A stretch of DNA of 64,000 nucleotides from an uncultured Christensenella sp. (GTDB lineage: Bacteria > Bacillota > Clostridia > Christensenellales > Borkfalkiaceae): assembly GCA_910579585.1 (NCBI GenBank), contig CAJTVA010000004.1, positions 2,330 through 66,329 on the forward strand, read 5' to 3'. The stretch's first letter is position 1. Each line of letters starts with the position of its first letter. The notes beneath the pieces are model-generated. The model had not been told where the DNA came from. It was given only the letters and a program-made list of their open reading frames with translations, and ran no database searches. Of the stretch, positions 36,738-47,245 are shown in pieces. Position numbers and translations under genes: made by a program.

Positions 36738-36738
36738 A

Positions 36739-38022
36739 TTATATTCTCTTTAAAATCGCGTCGGCGGCAGTCATTCCGGCCGTGAAAGCCCATTGTAGAT
36801 TATAGCCGCCGCAATCGCCGTCTACGTCGAGAATTTCTCCCGCAAAAAACAGGTTCTTTACAAGCCTGCTTTCAAGCTCGTCCGAAACCTCGCCCATATT
36901 TATCCCGCCCTTTGTCACCTGTGCGTAATCGAAGCCGAGGTTGCCCGTAACTTCCAGCGTAAAGTTTTTCAAAACCCTGATTATTTCGCGCGGCACCACT
37001 GTATCACTGACGGAAGCCACCGATTTACTCACCGAAGCGGCACCGCGCGCAGAAACCGCAACATGTGTAGAAGCCGCCTTCAAGCCCGACGTTTCACACG
37101 CAAACTCTTCGACCGCGCGCTTTATTATCGCCCTGCCAATCTGATTATGTAGCGTGCCGGAAAGCAACTCACTCAGTTCCCAACCCCGCTCGATTTTCGA
37201 AAGAATGCTCCTTTCGACCGTTTTTTCGTCAAAATCGGGCAAAAATTCCAAAGAAAGCGTTGCAGTCGGCTTGTCCGTAATATACGGCGAAACCGAAAAG
37301 ACGGCGTTCCCCGAAACCCCGTATTCGGTAAAAATGACGTCGCCGCGGCTTTTTGCGATAACTTTTCCGCCGCAAACCGCAGAAACCAGACAGTCTGCAC
37401 GGATACCTTTTAAGGTTTTTATGTATTTCGTGTCAGTCTTTAATTGGACAAGCGACGGATAAAGCGGCGTCAAAGTATGACCGAGTGAAGTCGCGAGCGC
37501 GTAAGAAGTTCCGTCGGTTTTGAACTGCTTCTGCGCCTTGCCGCCGGTACACAGCACTACGAACTTCGCGCGGTTTTGCACTCCGCCCTCTTCGCTGACG
37601 GTAAAAAAGTCGCCAGATTTTGAAATTTTCTCCGCCTTCACTCCCGAAGCGCACGAAGTTATACCGAGGGAGTTTACCGAACGGATAAGGTCGTCGACAA
37701 GCGCCGAAGCCTGTTTGCCCGCGGGATAAATTCTGCCCTTTTCGTCAGCACAGAATATACAATCGAAAAGCCTAGCGCCGGCGTAAGGGTCGGCGCACGC
37801 AATTTTTGCGGCCAGCGGGATATTCCCGCCGTGATAGTGCCGCGCCGTCATATCGAGGTTAGAGATATTACCCTGCCCGTTACCCGTCGCGGCAAGCTTT
37901 TTGCCGAAGCGGTCGCCCGCGTCGATAAGTCTTATCTTTAAATTTTTACCGCTTTTTAAAAGGCGCACAGCGCACGCAAGCCCTGCCGTGCCTCCGCCTA
38001 TTACAATTACGTCGTAATCCAT
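36739..38022 (-). CDS. NAD(P)/FAD-dependent oxidoreductase, HI0933/YhiN (BaiN-like) family
   Basis: MDYDVIVIGGGTAGLACAVRL at the N-terminus and GGYNLQWAFTAG at the C-terminus. The ATG at 38022 is preferred, because the track start at 38040 is a TTG. A 1-nt gap separates it from the downstream gene. Confidence 0.8.
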   Translation of the reverse strand: MDYDVIVIGGGTAGLACAVRLLKSGKNLKIRLIDAGDRFGKKLAATGNGQGNISNLDMTARHYHGGNIPLAAKIACADPYAGARLFDCIFCADEKGRIYPAGKQASALVDDLIRSVNSLGITSCASGVKAEKISKSGDFFTVSEEGGVQNRAKFVVLCTGGKAQKQFKTDGTSYALATSLGHTLTPLYPSLVQLKTDTKYIKTLKGIRADCLVSAVCGGKVIAKSRGDVIFTEYGVSGNAVFSVSPYITDKPTATLSLEFLPDFDEKTVERSILSKIERGWELSELLSGTLHNQIGRAIIKRAVEEFACETSGLKAASTHVAVSARGAASVSKSVASVSDTVVPREIIRVLKNFTLEVTGNLGFDYAQVTKGGINMGEVSDELESRLVKNLFFAGEILDVDGDCGGYNLQWAFTAGMTAADAILKRI

Positions 38023-38055
38023 TATACGACATTTTACCAAAAGCTTTATTAAGTG

Positions 38056-38565
38056 TCAACACTTAAGCTCTTTTAACATTTCCTCGAATTTTTCAAAATG
38101 TAGTTTTTCGTCAAGCAAAATTCTTGCGATAATACTTTTGACCTGTTGATTTTTTAAACACTTCAACATTCTTTCGTAGCCCGCAATAGCCTGCCTTTCG
38201 GCAAGAACATCGTCTTCAAGCATATTTTTCAGCGAGCTGGAATAAGCCACGAACTTTGACGAATAGAAGTTAAAGCAGCCCGGAGGAAACTGTGAAAAAA
38301 CGGGTGCGGCGCCAAGCGCGAGAATCGTTGATCCGAGCAAATCAAGGTGATGCATTTCCGATATAGCTATTCCCGTTATTGTATCGGCGAAGTCCTTATA
38401 CCCGTTTCGCTCGAAAAACATTGCGTGGTATATGTACTGCAAAATCGAGTTCAGCTCGCTGTGTGGTGCGGCGTACGCGGGGGAAATAATTCTGAGGCTT
38501 AATGCGTCGGGGCATACGCCGTCGGGCGTAGGATACGGTTCACTTACGTTTACAGGTTTAGGCAT
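38056..38565 (-). CDS. Ferritin-like di-metal carboxylate protein (CotJC / Mn-catalase-like family)
   Basis: 169 aa with two E...ExxH pairs (SELN...SEMHH and AERQ...DEKLH) in a predicted four-helix arrangement. Confidence 0.6.
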   Translation of the reverse strand: MPKPVNVSEPYPTPDGVCPDALSLRIISPAYAAPHSELNSILQYIYHAMFFERNGYKDFADTITGIAISEMHHLDLLGSTILALGAAPVFSQFPPGCFNFYSSKFVAYSSSLKNMLEDDVLAERQAIAGYERMLKCLKNQQVKSIIARILLDEKLHFEKFEEMLKELKC

Positions 38566-38578
38566 AATACAAACTATG

Positions 38579-38624
38579 AAAAACCACCCCGATTTGGTGC
38601 AATTTTGACCAAATTGGGGTGGTT
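38579..38624 (-). terminator. Long hairpin terminator after uvrA
   Basis: A 17-bp stem with one G-U pair (38582-38598 against 38608-38624), followed on the minus strand by UUUUU. It ends 14 nt before the next start codon. Confidence 0.75.
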
Positions 38625-38678
38625 ATGCGTGACATAGTACTGTGCAAAAGCTGAATTTTACATTAAAGACTGTCGTTT

Positions 38679-41498
38679 TTAGCCGTTTAAAACCTTTTTA
38701 AGAAATTGGCCTGTATAACTTGCTTCGACCTTTGCAACCTCTTCAGGGGTGCCGCAAGCGACGATTTTTCCACCCTTGTCACCGCCCTCGGGCCCCAAAT
38801 CTACAATATAGTCGGCGGACTTTATAACGTCCAGATTATGTTCTATAACGAGCACGGTGTTGCCGCCGCTTCTCAGCCTTGTAATAATATTTACAAGCTT
38901 TTCGACATCGTAGCTGTGAAGCCCCGTAGTAGGTTCGTCGAGGATATAGAACGTTTTGCCCGTGCTTCTTTTAGAAAGCTCGGTGGCAAGCTTGACCCTC
39001 TGCGCTTCGCCGCCCGAAAGGGTGGTTGCGCTTTGTCCGAGCTTGATATAGCCGAGCCCGACGTCGCACAGCGTGGCGAGCTTATTGTAGATGGAAGTAA
39101 CAGGCTTGAAAAACTCTGCCCCCTCTTCTACCGTCATTTCAAGAACATCGGATATGCTTTTGCCTTTATACTTAACTTCGAGCGTTTCTCTGTTATAACG
39201 CTTGCCGCCGCAAACTTCGCACGGAACGTAGATGTCAGGCAGGAAGTGCATCTCTATCTGAATTATGCCGTCGCCCTGACAGTGCTCACATCTGCCGCCC
39301 GCGACGTTGAAAGAGAACCTGCCGCTTTTATAACCCTTTTCCTTTGCGTCTTGCGTTGCCGCGAACAGGTCGCGTATCATAGTGAATACTCCCGTGTAGG
39401 TTGCGGGGTTGCTTCTAGGCGTTCTGCCAATCGGCTGTTGATCTATGGCGATTATTTTATCAAAGTAATCCAGCCCGTCGAAACCCGCAGCGTTACCGAG
39501 AAGCCTGCGGGCGCCGTTGAGATTATTAGCGAGGTAAGGATAAATTATTTCGTTTACAAGACTCGATTTGCCGCTACCCGAAACCCCTGTAACAGCAGTA
39601 ATAAGTCCGACGGGGATTTCGACGGCGATACCTTTTAAGTTGTTCTGTTTACATCCCTTGACTTTCAGCCATCTGCCGTCGGTCGGCTGGCGAACCGAGG
39701 GTACTTCTATTTTGCGTCGACCCGACAAAAAGTCGCCTGTTATAGAGCGCGGCTCGTTAATAATATCTTCGACAGTGCCGCTTGCCACCACTTCGCCGCC
39801 GTGCACGCCCGCTTTCGGACCTATATCGACGATATAGTCTGCGGCACGCATTGTGTCTTCGTCGTGCTCGACGACGATTAGCGTATTGCCTAAGTCGCGT
39901 AAGCCGAGAAGTGATTTTAAAAGTTTTTCGTTATCGCGCTGATGCAAGCCTATACTGGGCTCGTCGAGAATATAAAGTACGCCCGTGAGAGCACTGCCTA
40001 TCTGTGTTGCAAGGCGGATACGCTGGCTTTCGCCGCCAGAAAGGGTTGCCGCGCTTCTGGAAAGAGTAAGATAGCCCAACCCCACGTTTCTTAAAAAGCT
40101 TAACCTGCTGTCGATTTCCTTGATTATGCTGTCGGCTATCATATGCTCTGTGGATGTGAAAAACGAAAAATCCGTGAACGTAGCCAAATCGTCAACAGCC
40201 ATTTCGCAGACTTCGGCAATGTTCTTACCGCCGACTGTAACTGCAAGAGCTTCCTTTTTAAGTCTTTTGCCATGGCAGGCAGGGCAGTCCGACGTGCGCA
40301 TATACCGTTCTATATCCCATTTAACCCCTTCGGAAGACGTCTGGTTATAGCGGCGCTGCAAATTGTTCACAAAGCCCTCCCACGCTTTTTCGTAACTGCC
40401 GGAAAAGTGGTAAGCGTTGTAGGTCATCTCTATTCTTTCGCCGCCGTTGCCGTACATCAATATATCGTAAATCTTTTTCGGAAGTTCGGATACGGGCACA
40501 TCAAGTGAAAAGCCGTACACTTTTGCAAGCGAAGAAAGATACATTTGCGTCATTGTGGAGCTGTCGAGATTCCAACCGCTTATCTTTATTGCGCCCTCTC
40601 TGAGTGTTTTCGACTTATCGGGGCAGATAAGGTCGGGGTCGACAATTTGCTTAAAACCTAAGCCCGAGCATTCGGGACACGCGCCCCAAGGAGTGTTGAA
40701 CGAGAAAAGTCTGGGCTCTATCTCCTCTATAGATATGCCGCAATCGGGGCAAGCGTACTTGGACGAATACAGCTCTTCCTTGCCGTCGCAGTATATAACG
40801 ACCAGACCGTCCGCGAGATGTAAAGCGCTTTCCAAGCTGTCCGAAAGACGCTTTAAAACGCCCTCTTTTATAACAAGCCTGTCCACGACAACCGAAACGT
40901 TATGGCGGATATTCTTTTCAAGGTGAATTTCTTCCTGCAAGTCGTAGATAATTCCGTCAATCTTCACCCTGCCGTAGCCGCTCTTTTTATATGCGGCAAG
41001 CTCTTTTTGAAACTCACCCTTTTTGCCGCGGAATACGGGCGCCTCGACCATTATTTTACTGCCCTCGGGAAGGAGCATTACTCTGTCGGCGATTTCGTCT
41101 ACGGACTGGCGACGGATTTCTCTGCCACACTTTGGGCAGTGCGGAACACCGACGCGCGCGAAAAGCAAGCGGAAATAGTCGTAAATTTCCGTCACCGTGC
41201 CAACTGTCGAGCGTGGGTTGTGCGAGGTTGTTTTCTGGTCGATTGAGATTGCGGGCGAAAGTCCGTCTATAAGTTCGACGTCGGGTTTTTCCATCTGACC
41301 GAGGAACTGGCGGGCGTATGATGAAAGGCTTTCGATATACCGCCTTTGACCCTCTGCAAATATTGTATCGAACGCAAGCGTTGATTTCCCGCTACCCGAA
41401 AGCCCCGTGAACACGGTAAGCGTGTTGCGGGGAATGTGCACGTCGATATTTTTAAGGTTGTTTTCTTTCGCGCCTTTAATGTATATTTCTTCTTTCAT
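38679..41498 (-). CDS. uvrA: Excinuclease ABC subunit A
   Basis: 939 aa. Two ABC modules ([23 protein letters not shown]) and zinc modules ([33 protein letters not shown]). Confidence 0.97.
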   Translation of the reverse strand: MKEEIYIKGAKENNLKNIDVHIPRNTLTVFTGLSGSGKSTLAFDTIFAEGQRRYIESLSSYARQFLGQMEKPDVELIDGLSPAISIDQKTTSHNPRSTVGTVTEIYDYFRLLFARVGVPHCPKCGREIRRQSVDEIADRVMLLPEGSKIMVEAPVFRGKKGEFQKELAAYKKSGYGRVKIDGIIYDLQEEIHLEKNIRHNVSVVVDRLVIKEGVLKRLSDSLESALHLADGLVVIYCDGKEELYSSKYACPDCGISIEEIEPRLFSFNTPWGACPECSGLGFKQIVDPDLICPDKSKTLREGAIKISGWNLDSSTMTQMYLSSLAKVYGFSLDVPVSELPKKIYDILMYGNGGERIEMTYNAYHFSGSYEKAWEGFVNNLQRRYNQTSSEGVKWDIERYMRTSDCPACHGKRLKKEALAVTVGGKNIAEVCEMAVDDLATFTDFSFFTSTEHMIADSIIKEIDSRLSFLRNVGLGYLTLSRSAATLSGGESQRIRLATQIGSALTGVLYILDEPSIGLHQRDNEKLLKSLLGLRDLGNTLIVVEHDEDTMRAADYIVDIGPKAGVHGGEVVASGTVEDIINEPRSITGDFLSGRRKIEVPSVRQPTDGRWLKVKGCKQNNLKGIAVEIPVGLITAVTGVSGSGKSSLVNEIIYPYLANNLNGARRLLGNAAGFDGLDYFDKIIAIDQQPIGRTPRSNPATYTGVFTMIRDLFAATQDAKEKGYKSGRFSFNVAGGRCEHCQGDGIIQIEMHFLPDIYVPCEVCGGKRYNRETLEVKYKGKSISDVLEMTVEEGAEFFKPVTSIYNKLATLCDVGLGYIKLGQSATTLSGGEAQRVKLATELSKRSTGKTFYILDEPTTGLHSYDVEKLVNIITRLRSGGNTVLVIEHNLDVIKSADYIVDLGPEGGDKGGKIVACGTPEEVAKVEASYTGQFLKKVLNG

Positions 41499-43462
41499 TT
41501 CTTTTTAATTTTTAATAATTTTTTCTTTAATTCCGTTATGGTATCGCGTATTTCAATCGCTTTTTCAAAGTCCAGCTGAGCGGAGGCGATTTTCATAAGC
41601 GCTTTCAACTTCTCGATTTCCTTAGGAATATCGGCGGGCTTTATATCGTCCGCAACCGACTTTTTGCCCGTAATACCAATCGAGTTTTTGACTTCTTTAA
41701 TTATGGTTTTAGGAACAATACCGTGTTGTTTATTGTACTCGGACTGTATTTTTCGGCGGCGGTTTGTTTCGTCGATAGCGCGGCGCATACTGCCCGTGAC
41801 CGTATCGGCGTACATTATGACACGACCCTCTGCGTTTCTCGCCGCTCTGCCTATTGTCTGAACCAATGAAGTTTCGCTTCTTAAAAAGCCTTCTTTATCG
41901 GCGTCCAGTATTGCTACGAGTTTTACCTCCGGCAAGTCAAGCCCCTCGCGTAGCAGATTTATGCCGCAAAGAATATCGAATTCCCCGCTTCTCAGTCCGT
42001 TAATTATATCGATTCGCTCCAAAGCGTCGATGTCGCTGTGCATATAGCGGACTTTGAGTCCGTGCTCTTTCAAATAATCGGTTAAGCTTTCCGCCATACG
42101 CTTGGTCATAGTCGTAACGAGGACTCTGCCGCCGCTTGCGATTACCCCTTTGGCTTCGCCAAGAAGGTCGTCAATCTGAGTTTTTGTGGGACGTATCGAA
42201 ACTTCAGGGTCAACAAGACCCGTGGGGCGGATTATCTGTTCGACGACGTTGCCTGCCTGCTCCATTTCATACGGAGCGGGCGTTGCCGACACGCATATGA
42301 GCTGGGGCACGCGCTCGTCAAATTCTTCAAACGTCAATGGGCGGTTGTCGTACGCAGATTGAAGCCTGAAACCGTAACCGACGAGGTTTTCTTTGCGCGA
42401 GCGGTCGCCGTGGTACATTGCGCGTATTTGCGGGATAGTCATATGGCTTTCGTCGATAAAAACCAAAAATTTGCCCGCCGGGAAGTAATCGAGAAGTGTG
42501 AACGACGGCTCGCCCGGGGAGCGCCCGTCAAAGTAGCGGCTGTAATTTTCAACGCCGCTGCAGTAGCCGATTTCGCGCATCATTTCCAAGTCGTACGTGG
42601 TGCGCTGTTCAAGACGCTGGGCTTCTAAAAGCTTGCCCTCTTCACGGAACGCGCGGACTTCGTCGTGCATATCGCGTTCAATCAGTTGAAGCGCGGACTT
42701 CATCTTGTCGCCGCCGACTGCGTACTGGCTTGCGGGAAAAATAAGAACGTGTTTAAGTTCAGAAATAACATTGCCCGTCAAAGCGTCCTCTTCGCATATT
42801 CTGTCAATTTCATCGCCGAAAAACTCTACGCGGATAGCGACCTCTGAATTGCTTGCCGGGAAAATTTCAACGGCGTCGCCGCGAACGCGGAACGAAGAAC
42901 GCTGAAAGTCGATGTCCCGCCTTGCGTACTGAATTTCGACAAGCTTTCTTATAAGCGCGTCACGCTCGATTTCCATTCCCGGACGCAATGAAATAGCAAG
43001 ACGGAAATATTCTTCGGGTGCGCCCAGACCGTAAATGCAACTGACCGACGCGACGACGATTACGTCCTCCCTTTCGCCCAAAGAGCTTGTGGCGGAGTTT
43101 CTGAGCTTGTCTATCTCGTCGTTCAAGCTCATATCCTTTTCGATATAGGTATCGGTCGAGGGTATGTAGCTTTCGGGCTGGTAGTAGTCGTAGTAAGAAA
43201 CGAAGTATTCTACGCGGTTGTTCGGGAAAAATTCCTTAAACTCGTTACAAAGCTGTGCCGCAAGCGTCTTGTTGTGGGCGATAACCAGCGTAGGGCGGTT
43301 GACGTTTTTAATGACGTTTGCCATAGTGAACGTTTTGCCGCTACCCGTGACGCCGACGAGAACCTGAGTTCTTATTCCGTCCAAAACGCCTTCCGTAAGG
43401 CTTTCTATCGCCTGTGGCTGGTCGCCTGTGGGATTAAATTTCGAATGCAACTCGAATTTCAT
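41495..43462 (-). CDS. uvrB: Excinuclease ABC subunit B
   Basis: 655 aa. [19 protein letters not shown], Walker [14 protein letters not shown] box FIDESHMT, and a C-terminal UVR domain. It overlaps uvrA by 4 nt. Confidence 0.97.
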   Translation of the reverse strand: MKFELHSKFNPTGDQPQAIESLTEGVLDGIRTQVLVGVTGSGKTFTMANVIKNVNRPTLVIAHNKTLAAQLCNEFKEFFPNNRVEYFVSYYDYYQPESYIPSTDTYIEKDMSLNDEIDKLRNSATSSLGEREDVIVVASVSCIYGLGAPEEYFRLAISLRPGMEIERDALIRKLVEIQYARRDIDFQRSSFRVRGDAVEIFPASNSEVAIRVEFFGDEIDRICEEDALTGNVISELKHVLIFPASQYAVGGDKMKSALQLIERDMHDEVRAFREEGKLLEAQRLEQRTTYDLEMMREIGYCSGVENYSRYFDGRSPGEPSFTLLDYFPAGKFLVFIDESHMTIPQIRAMYHGDRSRKENLVGYGFRLQSAYDNRPLTFEEFDERVPQLICVSATPAPYEMEQAGNVVEQIIRPTGLVDPEVSIRPTKTQIDDLLGEAKGVIASGGRVLVTTMTKRMAESLTDYLKEHGLKVRYMHSDIDALERIDIINGLRSGEFDILCGINLLREGLDLPEVKLVAILDADKEGFLRSETSLVQTIGRAARNAEGRVIMYADTVTGSMRRAIDETNRRRKIQSEYNKQHGIVPKTIIKEVKNSIGITGKKSVADDIKPADIPKEIEKLKALMKIASAQLDFEKAIEIRDTITELKKKLLKIKKK

Positions 43463-43473
43463 ATCTATACGGA

Positions 43474-43502
43474 ATTATACCCTATTTTCAATATATTTAC
43501 AA
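43474..43502 (-). promoter_or_regulatory. Sigma-A-type promoter of uvrBA, placed only 11 nt from the start codon
   Basis: Minus strand TTGTAA (43502-43497), a 17-nt spacer, then TATAAT (43479-43474). The ATG is at 43462, and no SD lies between them. Confidence 0.45.
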
Positions 43503-43560
43503 GCGTTTGCGGGCAAATTTTTGCAAAAACACAAACTTTTGTTTATTGTTTAATAAGTAT

Positions 43561-43590
43561 AAAAGTCCCCCGCCGCAGTGCAGCGGGGGC
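43561..43590 (-). terminator. Rho-independent terminator of the uL15-like membrane protein gene
   Basis: The minus-strand RNA is GCCCCCGC-ugcacugcg-GCGGGGG followed by ACUUUUAU. Confidence 0.75.
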
Positions 43591-43596
43591 TTCTGT

Positions 43597-44973
43597 TTAA
43601 GAATTCTTTTTCTTTACGACGTTGCCGCCTGTTAAAAGTATCATTTTGACGGCTTCGATCGAGAAGCTGTCGGCAATGACCGTAAGCTTTTTATCGAGAG
43701 TGCCGCGGGCAAGCACCTTAATATACGTTGCCTTGCGGTTGATTGCGGGAATACGCTTTTTCATCTCTTCCAACGTAGCCGTTTCGCCTTTTTCGAAGCA
43801 CTTACTTAACGTGTCGATATTGACTATGTCCGACTTGGTTTTGTCAGAAAATTCTTCTGTTTCCTCCACAAGTGCGACTGCAACATCGTCCTGCATAAGT
43901 TCGTCCACTTCGTTCGCCAAAACGCAATCTCTGGGCAGGAACACGTCTCCGCTTTGCGCGTCCTCTTCGGTAAGCTCTTTAATAAGTCCGCGGTCAACGA
44001 GGGGCTGGATTTCTTCGTAAGGGTACTTTTCTGCCCAATTGCATACTTCGGGTTCGGGCAATTGCTCACGGTCGCCCATTACCGTTGCGATAAGCTCTTT
44101 TGAGTATTTGACGCGCCTGTCGTTCTTTATGCGGTACAGGCAAGGGGTCTTTTCATAGGTTGCTATTTCGGACATATCGTCCACAATATACTTGCTTTCC
44201 GCGTAATCTTTAGCATCAAGCGCAAGGAAAAGACCCAGACACTTGCCCCTCACGCAAAGCTTTGCATAGGTTGTCCGACCTGAATAGAAAGTTTCGCCTT
44301 TCCAACTCATACGGGCTTTTACGCCTTTATATGAAAGCAATTCGTTCTTTATCTCCGAATAATAGTTTTTAACCACGTCGGATGACTGAATGATTTTTGC
44401 GGTGAAGCTTTTATTGTACTTTATAATTATGTAGCGTACGTGACCGTCTATCCTTGCGACTTTTCTGATTTTTTCCTCTTCTTCCGTTTCCTCTTTGTCG
44501 TCGTCTTTATCGTCGGAATCGTCTTCCTCACTGACCGGGGTCAAATTTTCGGGTTCAGGTTCAGGCTCAGGCTCCGACTGAACGGGCTCTTCGGGCTCGG
44601 GTTCAACCACAGGCTCGGATTCGGAGATAGGCGCGGAAACTTCTTCAGACTCGGGCACTTCATCAAACACAGGCTTTGCTTCCAACTGAACAGGTTCGTC
44701 AAGCTCAGGCTCAGATTCGGACTGAACGGACTCTTCGGGTGCGGGCTCTACAGCTTCAACGGGTTGCTCGGGTGCGGGCGCTTCAACCGGTTCTTGTTGC
44801 GGTTGCGGGGGTTGAGCAGTTAATTCGCTCTTCGTCGATTTACGCTTTTTGCCGGCTCTTACTCCCAAAACTATTGCAAGCACTACAATCAGCAATACTA
44901 CCGCGCCTGCGGCCATTCCGGCGTATAAGAGGGTTTCGCCCTCTAAGCCGAAAAGTAAAAATAATTTCAACAT
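43597..44973 (-). CDS. Membrane-anchored protein with an acidic Pro/Glu-rich linker and a C-terminal ribosomal protein uL15-like domain
   Basis: 458 aa. An N-terminal TM helix (AGMAAGAVVLLIVVLAIVLGV) is followed by about 125 aa of low-complexity sequence such as PEPEEPVQSEPEPEPEPEN and DDSDDKDDDKEETEEEE. The C-terminus IVNIDTLSKCFEKGETATLEEM...IKVLARGTLDKKLTVIADSFSIEAVKMILLTGGNVV resembles the uL15 C-terminus (NLDKL...[33 protein letters not shown]). Confidence 0.65.
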   Translation of the reverse strand: MLKLFLLFGLEGETLLYAGMAAGAVVLLIVVLAIVLGVRAGKKRKSTKSELTAQPPQPQQEPVEAPAPEQPVEAVEPAPEESVQSESEPELDEPVQLEAKPVFDEVPESEEVSAPISESEPVVEPEPEEPVQSEPEPEPEPENLTPVSEEDDSDDKDDDKEETEEEEKIRKVARIDGHVRYIIIKYNKSFTAKIIQSSDVVKNYYSEIKNELLSYKGVKARMSWKGETFYSGRTTYAKLCVRGKCLGLFLALDAKDYAESKYIVDDMSEIATYEKTPCLYRIKNDRRVKYSKELIATVMGDREQLPEPEVCNWAEKYPYEEIQPLVDRGLIKELTEEDAQSGDVFLPRDCVLANEVDELMQDDVAVALVEETEEFSDKTKSDIVNIDTLSKCFEKGETATLEEMKKRIPAINRKATYIKVLARGTLDKKLTVIADSFSIEAVKMILLTGGNVVKKKNS

Positions 44974-45013
44974 TTTTTTACCTTCTTTGATTTTAATTCA
45001 TTGAATAACACTT

Positions 45014-45041
45014 ATTATAATCGGTTTTTTTGAAATTTCAA
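45014..45041 (-). promoter_or_regulatory. Sigma-A-type promoter of the uL15-like protein gene
   Basis: Minus strand TTGAAA-N16-TATAAT. SD GAAGG precedes the ATG at 44973. Confidence 0.5.
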
Positions 45042-45061
45042 GGCTATTGATAAAAATTTCA

Positions 45062-45090
45062 CAAAAAAACGGACAGACCGCTCTGTCCGT
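45062..45090 (-). terminator. Rho-independent terminator of pnp
   Basis: ACGGACAG-agcggu-CUGUCCGU on the minus-strand RNA, followed by UUUUUUU. Confidence 0.85.
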
Positions 45091-45099
45091 TTTATAATA

Positions 45100-47190
45100 T
45101 TACATCTTTTCGAGAAGCTTCAAATCGACGCCTCTGTCGCCTATTTTTATGATTTCGACCTTTACGGTGTCGCCGATATTTACGACGTCCTCAATCTTTT
45201 CAACACGCTTGTTGGAAAGCTGGGAAATGTGAATACCGCCGTCCTTGCCGGGTGCGAACTCAACAAACGCGCGCGAAGGTATAATTCTGACTACCGTACC
45301 GATATACATATCGCCGACCTGAGGGTCGCGCGCTATGCTCATAACGATTGCTTTTGCCCTTTCCGCATTCTCGATAGGACCAACGCAAGAGATATAGCCC
45401 CTGCCGCTGTCATCGTCGTTGAACTCGATTTGGGTATCGGTTTCTTCCATTATCTTCTTAATTACGCAACCCTGTTTGCCGATAACATCGCCAATCTTGT
45501 CGGGGTCGATTTCGAAGCTGATAATTTTGGGAGCATAAACAGAGAGCTGAGGTGCAACTTCGGGCACGCATTCTAGCATTTTAGAGAGAATGAACTGTCT
45601 GCCTTCGTTTGCCTGATTGATTGCAGTATGCATAATCTCTTCGGAAATCCCTTTGATTTTGATATCCATCTGAATTGCGGTTATGCCCTTAGTGGTGCCT
45701 GCAACCTTGAAGTCCATATCGCCGAGGAAGTCCTCTAAGCCCTGAATATCGGTTAAAACCTTGAATTCGCCCGTTTCCTGATTCTTGATAAGACCCATTG
45801 CGACGCCAGCTACGGGAGCCTTGATGGGAACGCCCGCGTTCATAAGAGCCATTGTTGAGCCGCACACGGAAGCCATCGACGACGAGCCGTTTGAGCTTGT
45901 AATATCGTTTACCACGCGAATTGCGTAGGGGAAAGATGTTTCGTCGGGAAGAACGGGTATTAAAGCGCGTTCCGCAAGTGCGCCGTGACCGATTTCACGT
46001 CTGCCAGGGGAACGGAGCGCCTTAGCTTCACCCGTACAATAGCCGGGGAAGTTGTACTGGTGCATATATCTTTTAGAGGTTTCCTCGTCAAGCCCTTCCA
46101 ATTTTTGTGCTTCGCCGAGCATACCGAGCGTGCAGGTCGTGAGGGTCTGGGTTTGTCCTCTCGTGAAGATAGCCGAGCCGTGTACGCGGGGAAGAATTCC
46201 CTTTTCGCACCAAATAGGGCGAACGTCCTTTAAGCCTCTTCCGTCGGGGCGAATACCCTTATCGAAGATTTTTGCACGCACCTTTTCTTTGGTGAGGTAA
46301 TATAAGCTGTCTTTGATTTCGCGTTTATTATCGGGATAGATTTCCGCGAAGTGTTCCAGAACTTCCTTTTCCGCTTCGTCCTGTCTCTTTTCTCTTTCCT
46401 GTCTGTCAAATGTGTCGATTGCCCAGTCGATTTTCTTACCTGCGTAGTCCCTTACGGCTTTGTCAAGCTCTTCGGGGATATGGTAAAGCTCAATTTCAAG
46501 CTTAGTTTTACCGACTTCGGGAACGATTTTCTCTTCTATGAACGCACAGATTTTTTGAATTTCTTTGTGTCCGTACATTATAGCGCCGACCATTTCGTCG
46601 TTCGTGACTTCGTTTGCGCCTGCTTCTATCATCAAAATCGCGTCGCGGGTGCCTGCAAGATTCAAATGAATTGCACTATTTGCGCGCTGTGCAAGGTCGG
46701 GGTTGATTACATACTTGCCGTCAACCATACCGACGACTACAGAGCCCGTAGGACCTGCCCAAGGAATATCCGAAATCGCAAGTGCGACCGAGGAGCCTAT
46801 CATTGCGAGGGGTTCGGGGGATACATCGGGTTCAACCGAAAGCGCCTGTGCCGTTACGACGACGTCGTTGTAAAGCCCTTTGGGGAACAAGGGACGGAGC
46901 GGTCTGTCGATAAGCCTTGCGGTTAAAATCGCCTTATCGCTTGCCCTGCCCTCGCGCTTTTTGAAGCCGCCGGGAATTTTACCGATTGAGTACATCTTCT
47001 CTTCATAGTCTACCTGCAAAGGGAAGAAATCCATACCGTCTCTGGGTGCCGCAGACATACATACGGAAACCATAACCGCGGTATCGCCGCACCTTACGAG
47101 GCAAGAGCCGTTAGTCTGCTCGGCGTATTTGCCCGTTTCGATTGTGACGTCTCTTCCGCCCACTTTGAGCGTAAATTTTTTGTAGTTCAT
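45100..47190 (-). CDS. pnp: Polyribonucleotide nucleotidyltransferase (PNPase)
   Basis: 696 aa with two RNase PH domains, a KH domain and an S1 domain (GDMYIGTVVRIIPSRAFVEF). Confidence 0.97.
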   Translation of the reverse strand: MNYKKFTLKVGGRDVTIETGKYAEQTNGSCLVRCGDTAVMVSVCMSAAPRDGMDFFPLQVDYEEKMYSIGKIPGGFKKREGRASDKAILTARLIDRPLRPLFPKGLYNDVVVTAQALSVEPDVSPEPLAMIGSSVALAISDIPWAGPTGSVVVGMVDGKYVINPDLAQRANSAIHLNLAGTRDAILMIEAGANEVTNDEMVGAIMYGHKEIQKICAFIEEKIVPEVGKTKLEIELYHIPEELDKAVRDYAGKKIDWAIDTFDRQEREKRQDEAEKEVLEHFAEIYPDNKREIKDSLYYLTKEKVRAKIFDKGIRPDGRGLKDVRPIWCEKGILPRVHGSAIFTRGQTQTLTTCTLGMLGEAQKLEGLDEETSKRYMHQYNFPGYCTGEAKALRSPGRREIGHGALAERALIPVLPDETSFPYAIRVVNDITSSNGSSSMASVCGSTMALMNAGVPIKAPVAGVAMGLIKNQETGEFKVLTDIQGLEDFLGDMDFKVAGTTKGITAIQMDIKIKGISEEIMHTAINQANEGRQFILSKMLECVPEVAPQLSVYAPKIISFEIDPDKIGDVIGKQGCVIKKIMEETDTQIEFNDDDSGRGYISCVGPIENAERAKAIVMSIARDPQVGDMYIGTVVRIIPSRAFVEFAPGKDGGIHISQLSNKRVEKIEDVVNIGDTVKVEIIKIGDRGVDLKLLEKM

Positions 47191-47245
47191 CTCTGTCTCC
47201 TTTTCTTCTTGTGCCCGTAGCTCCTGCTACAAGCGAAATATCAAG

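Noticed and set aside
38706-39638. A 310-aa plus-strand ORF inside uvrA. Similar antisense ORFs occur at 16486-17241, 14577-15206, 34216-34737, 46351-46926 and 49795-50394.
   Set aside because: All lie fully inside, and antisense to, genes with unambiguous conserved motifs. Their translations are low-complexity and Arg-rich, with no start signals.
43533-43544. The AAAC-TTTT-GTTT palindrome upstream of uvrB as a LexA (Cheo-type) box
   Set aside because: It deviates from CGAAC-N4-GTTCG at the key G/C positions. It also lies about 30 bp upstream of the -35 rather than overlapping the promoter. It could still be a degenerate clostridial-type site, but the evidence is too weak to call.
44440-44826. 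A repetitive GAxCCx/GAG-rich DNA stretch that at first glance looks like a tandem repeat array
   Set aside because: It is in-frame coding sequence for the acidic PE-rich linker of ORF 43597-44973. The repeats are short, imperfect and codon-periodic, not a CRISPR or satellite-type repeat.
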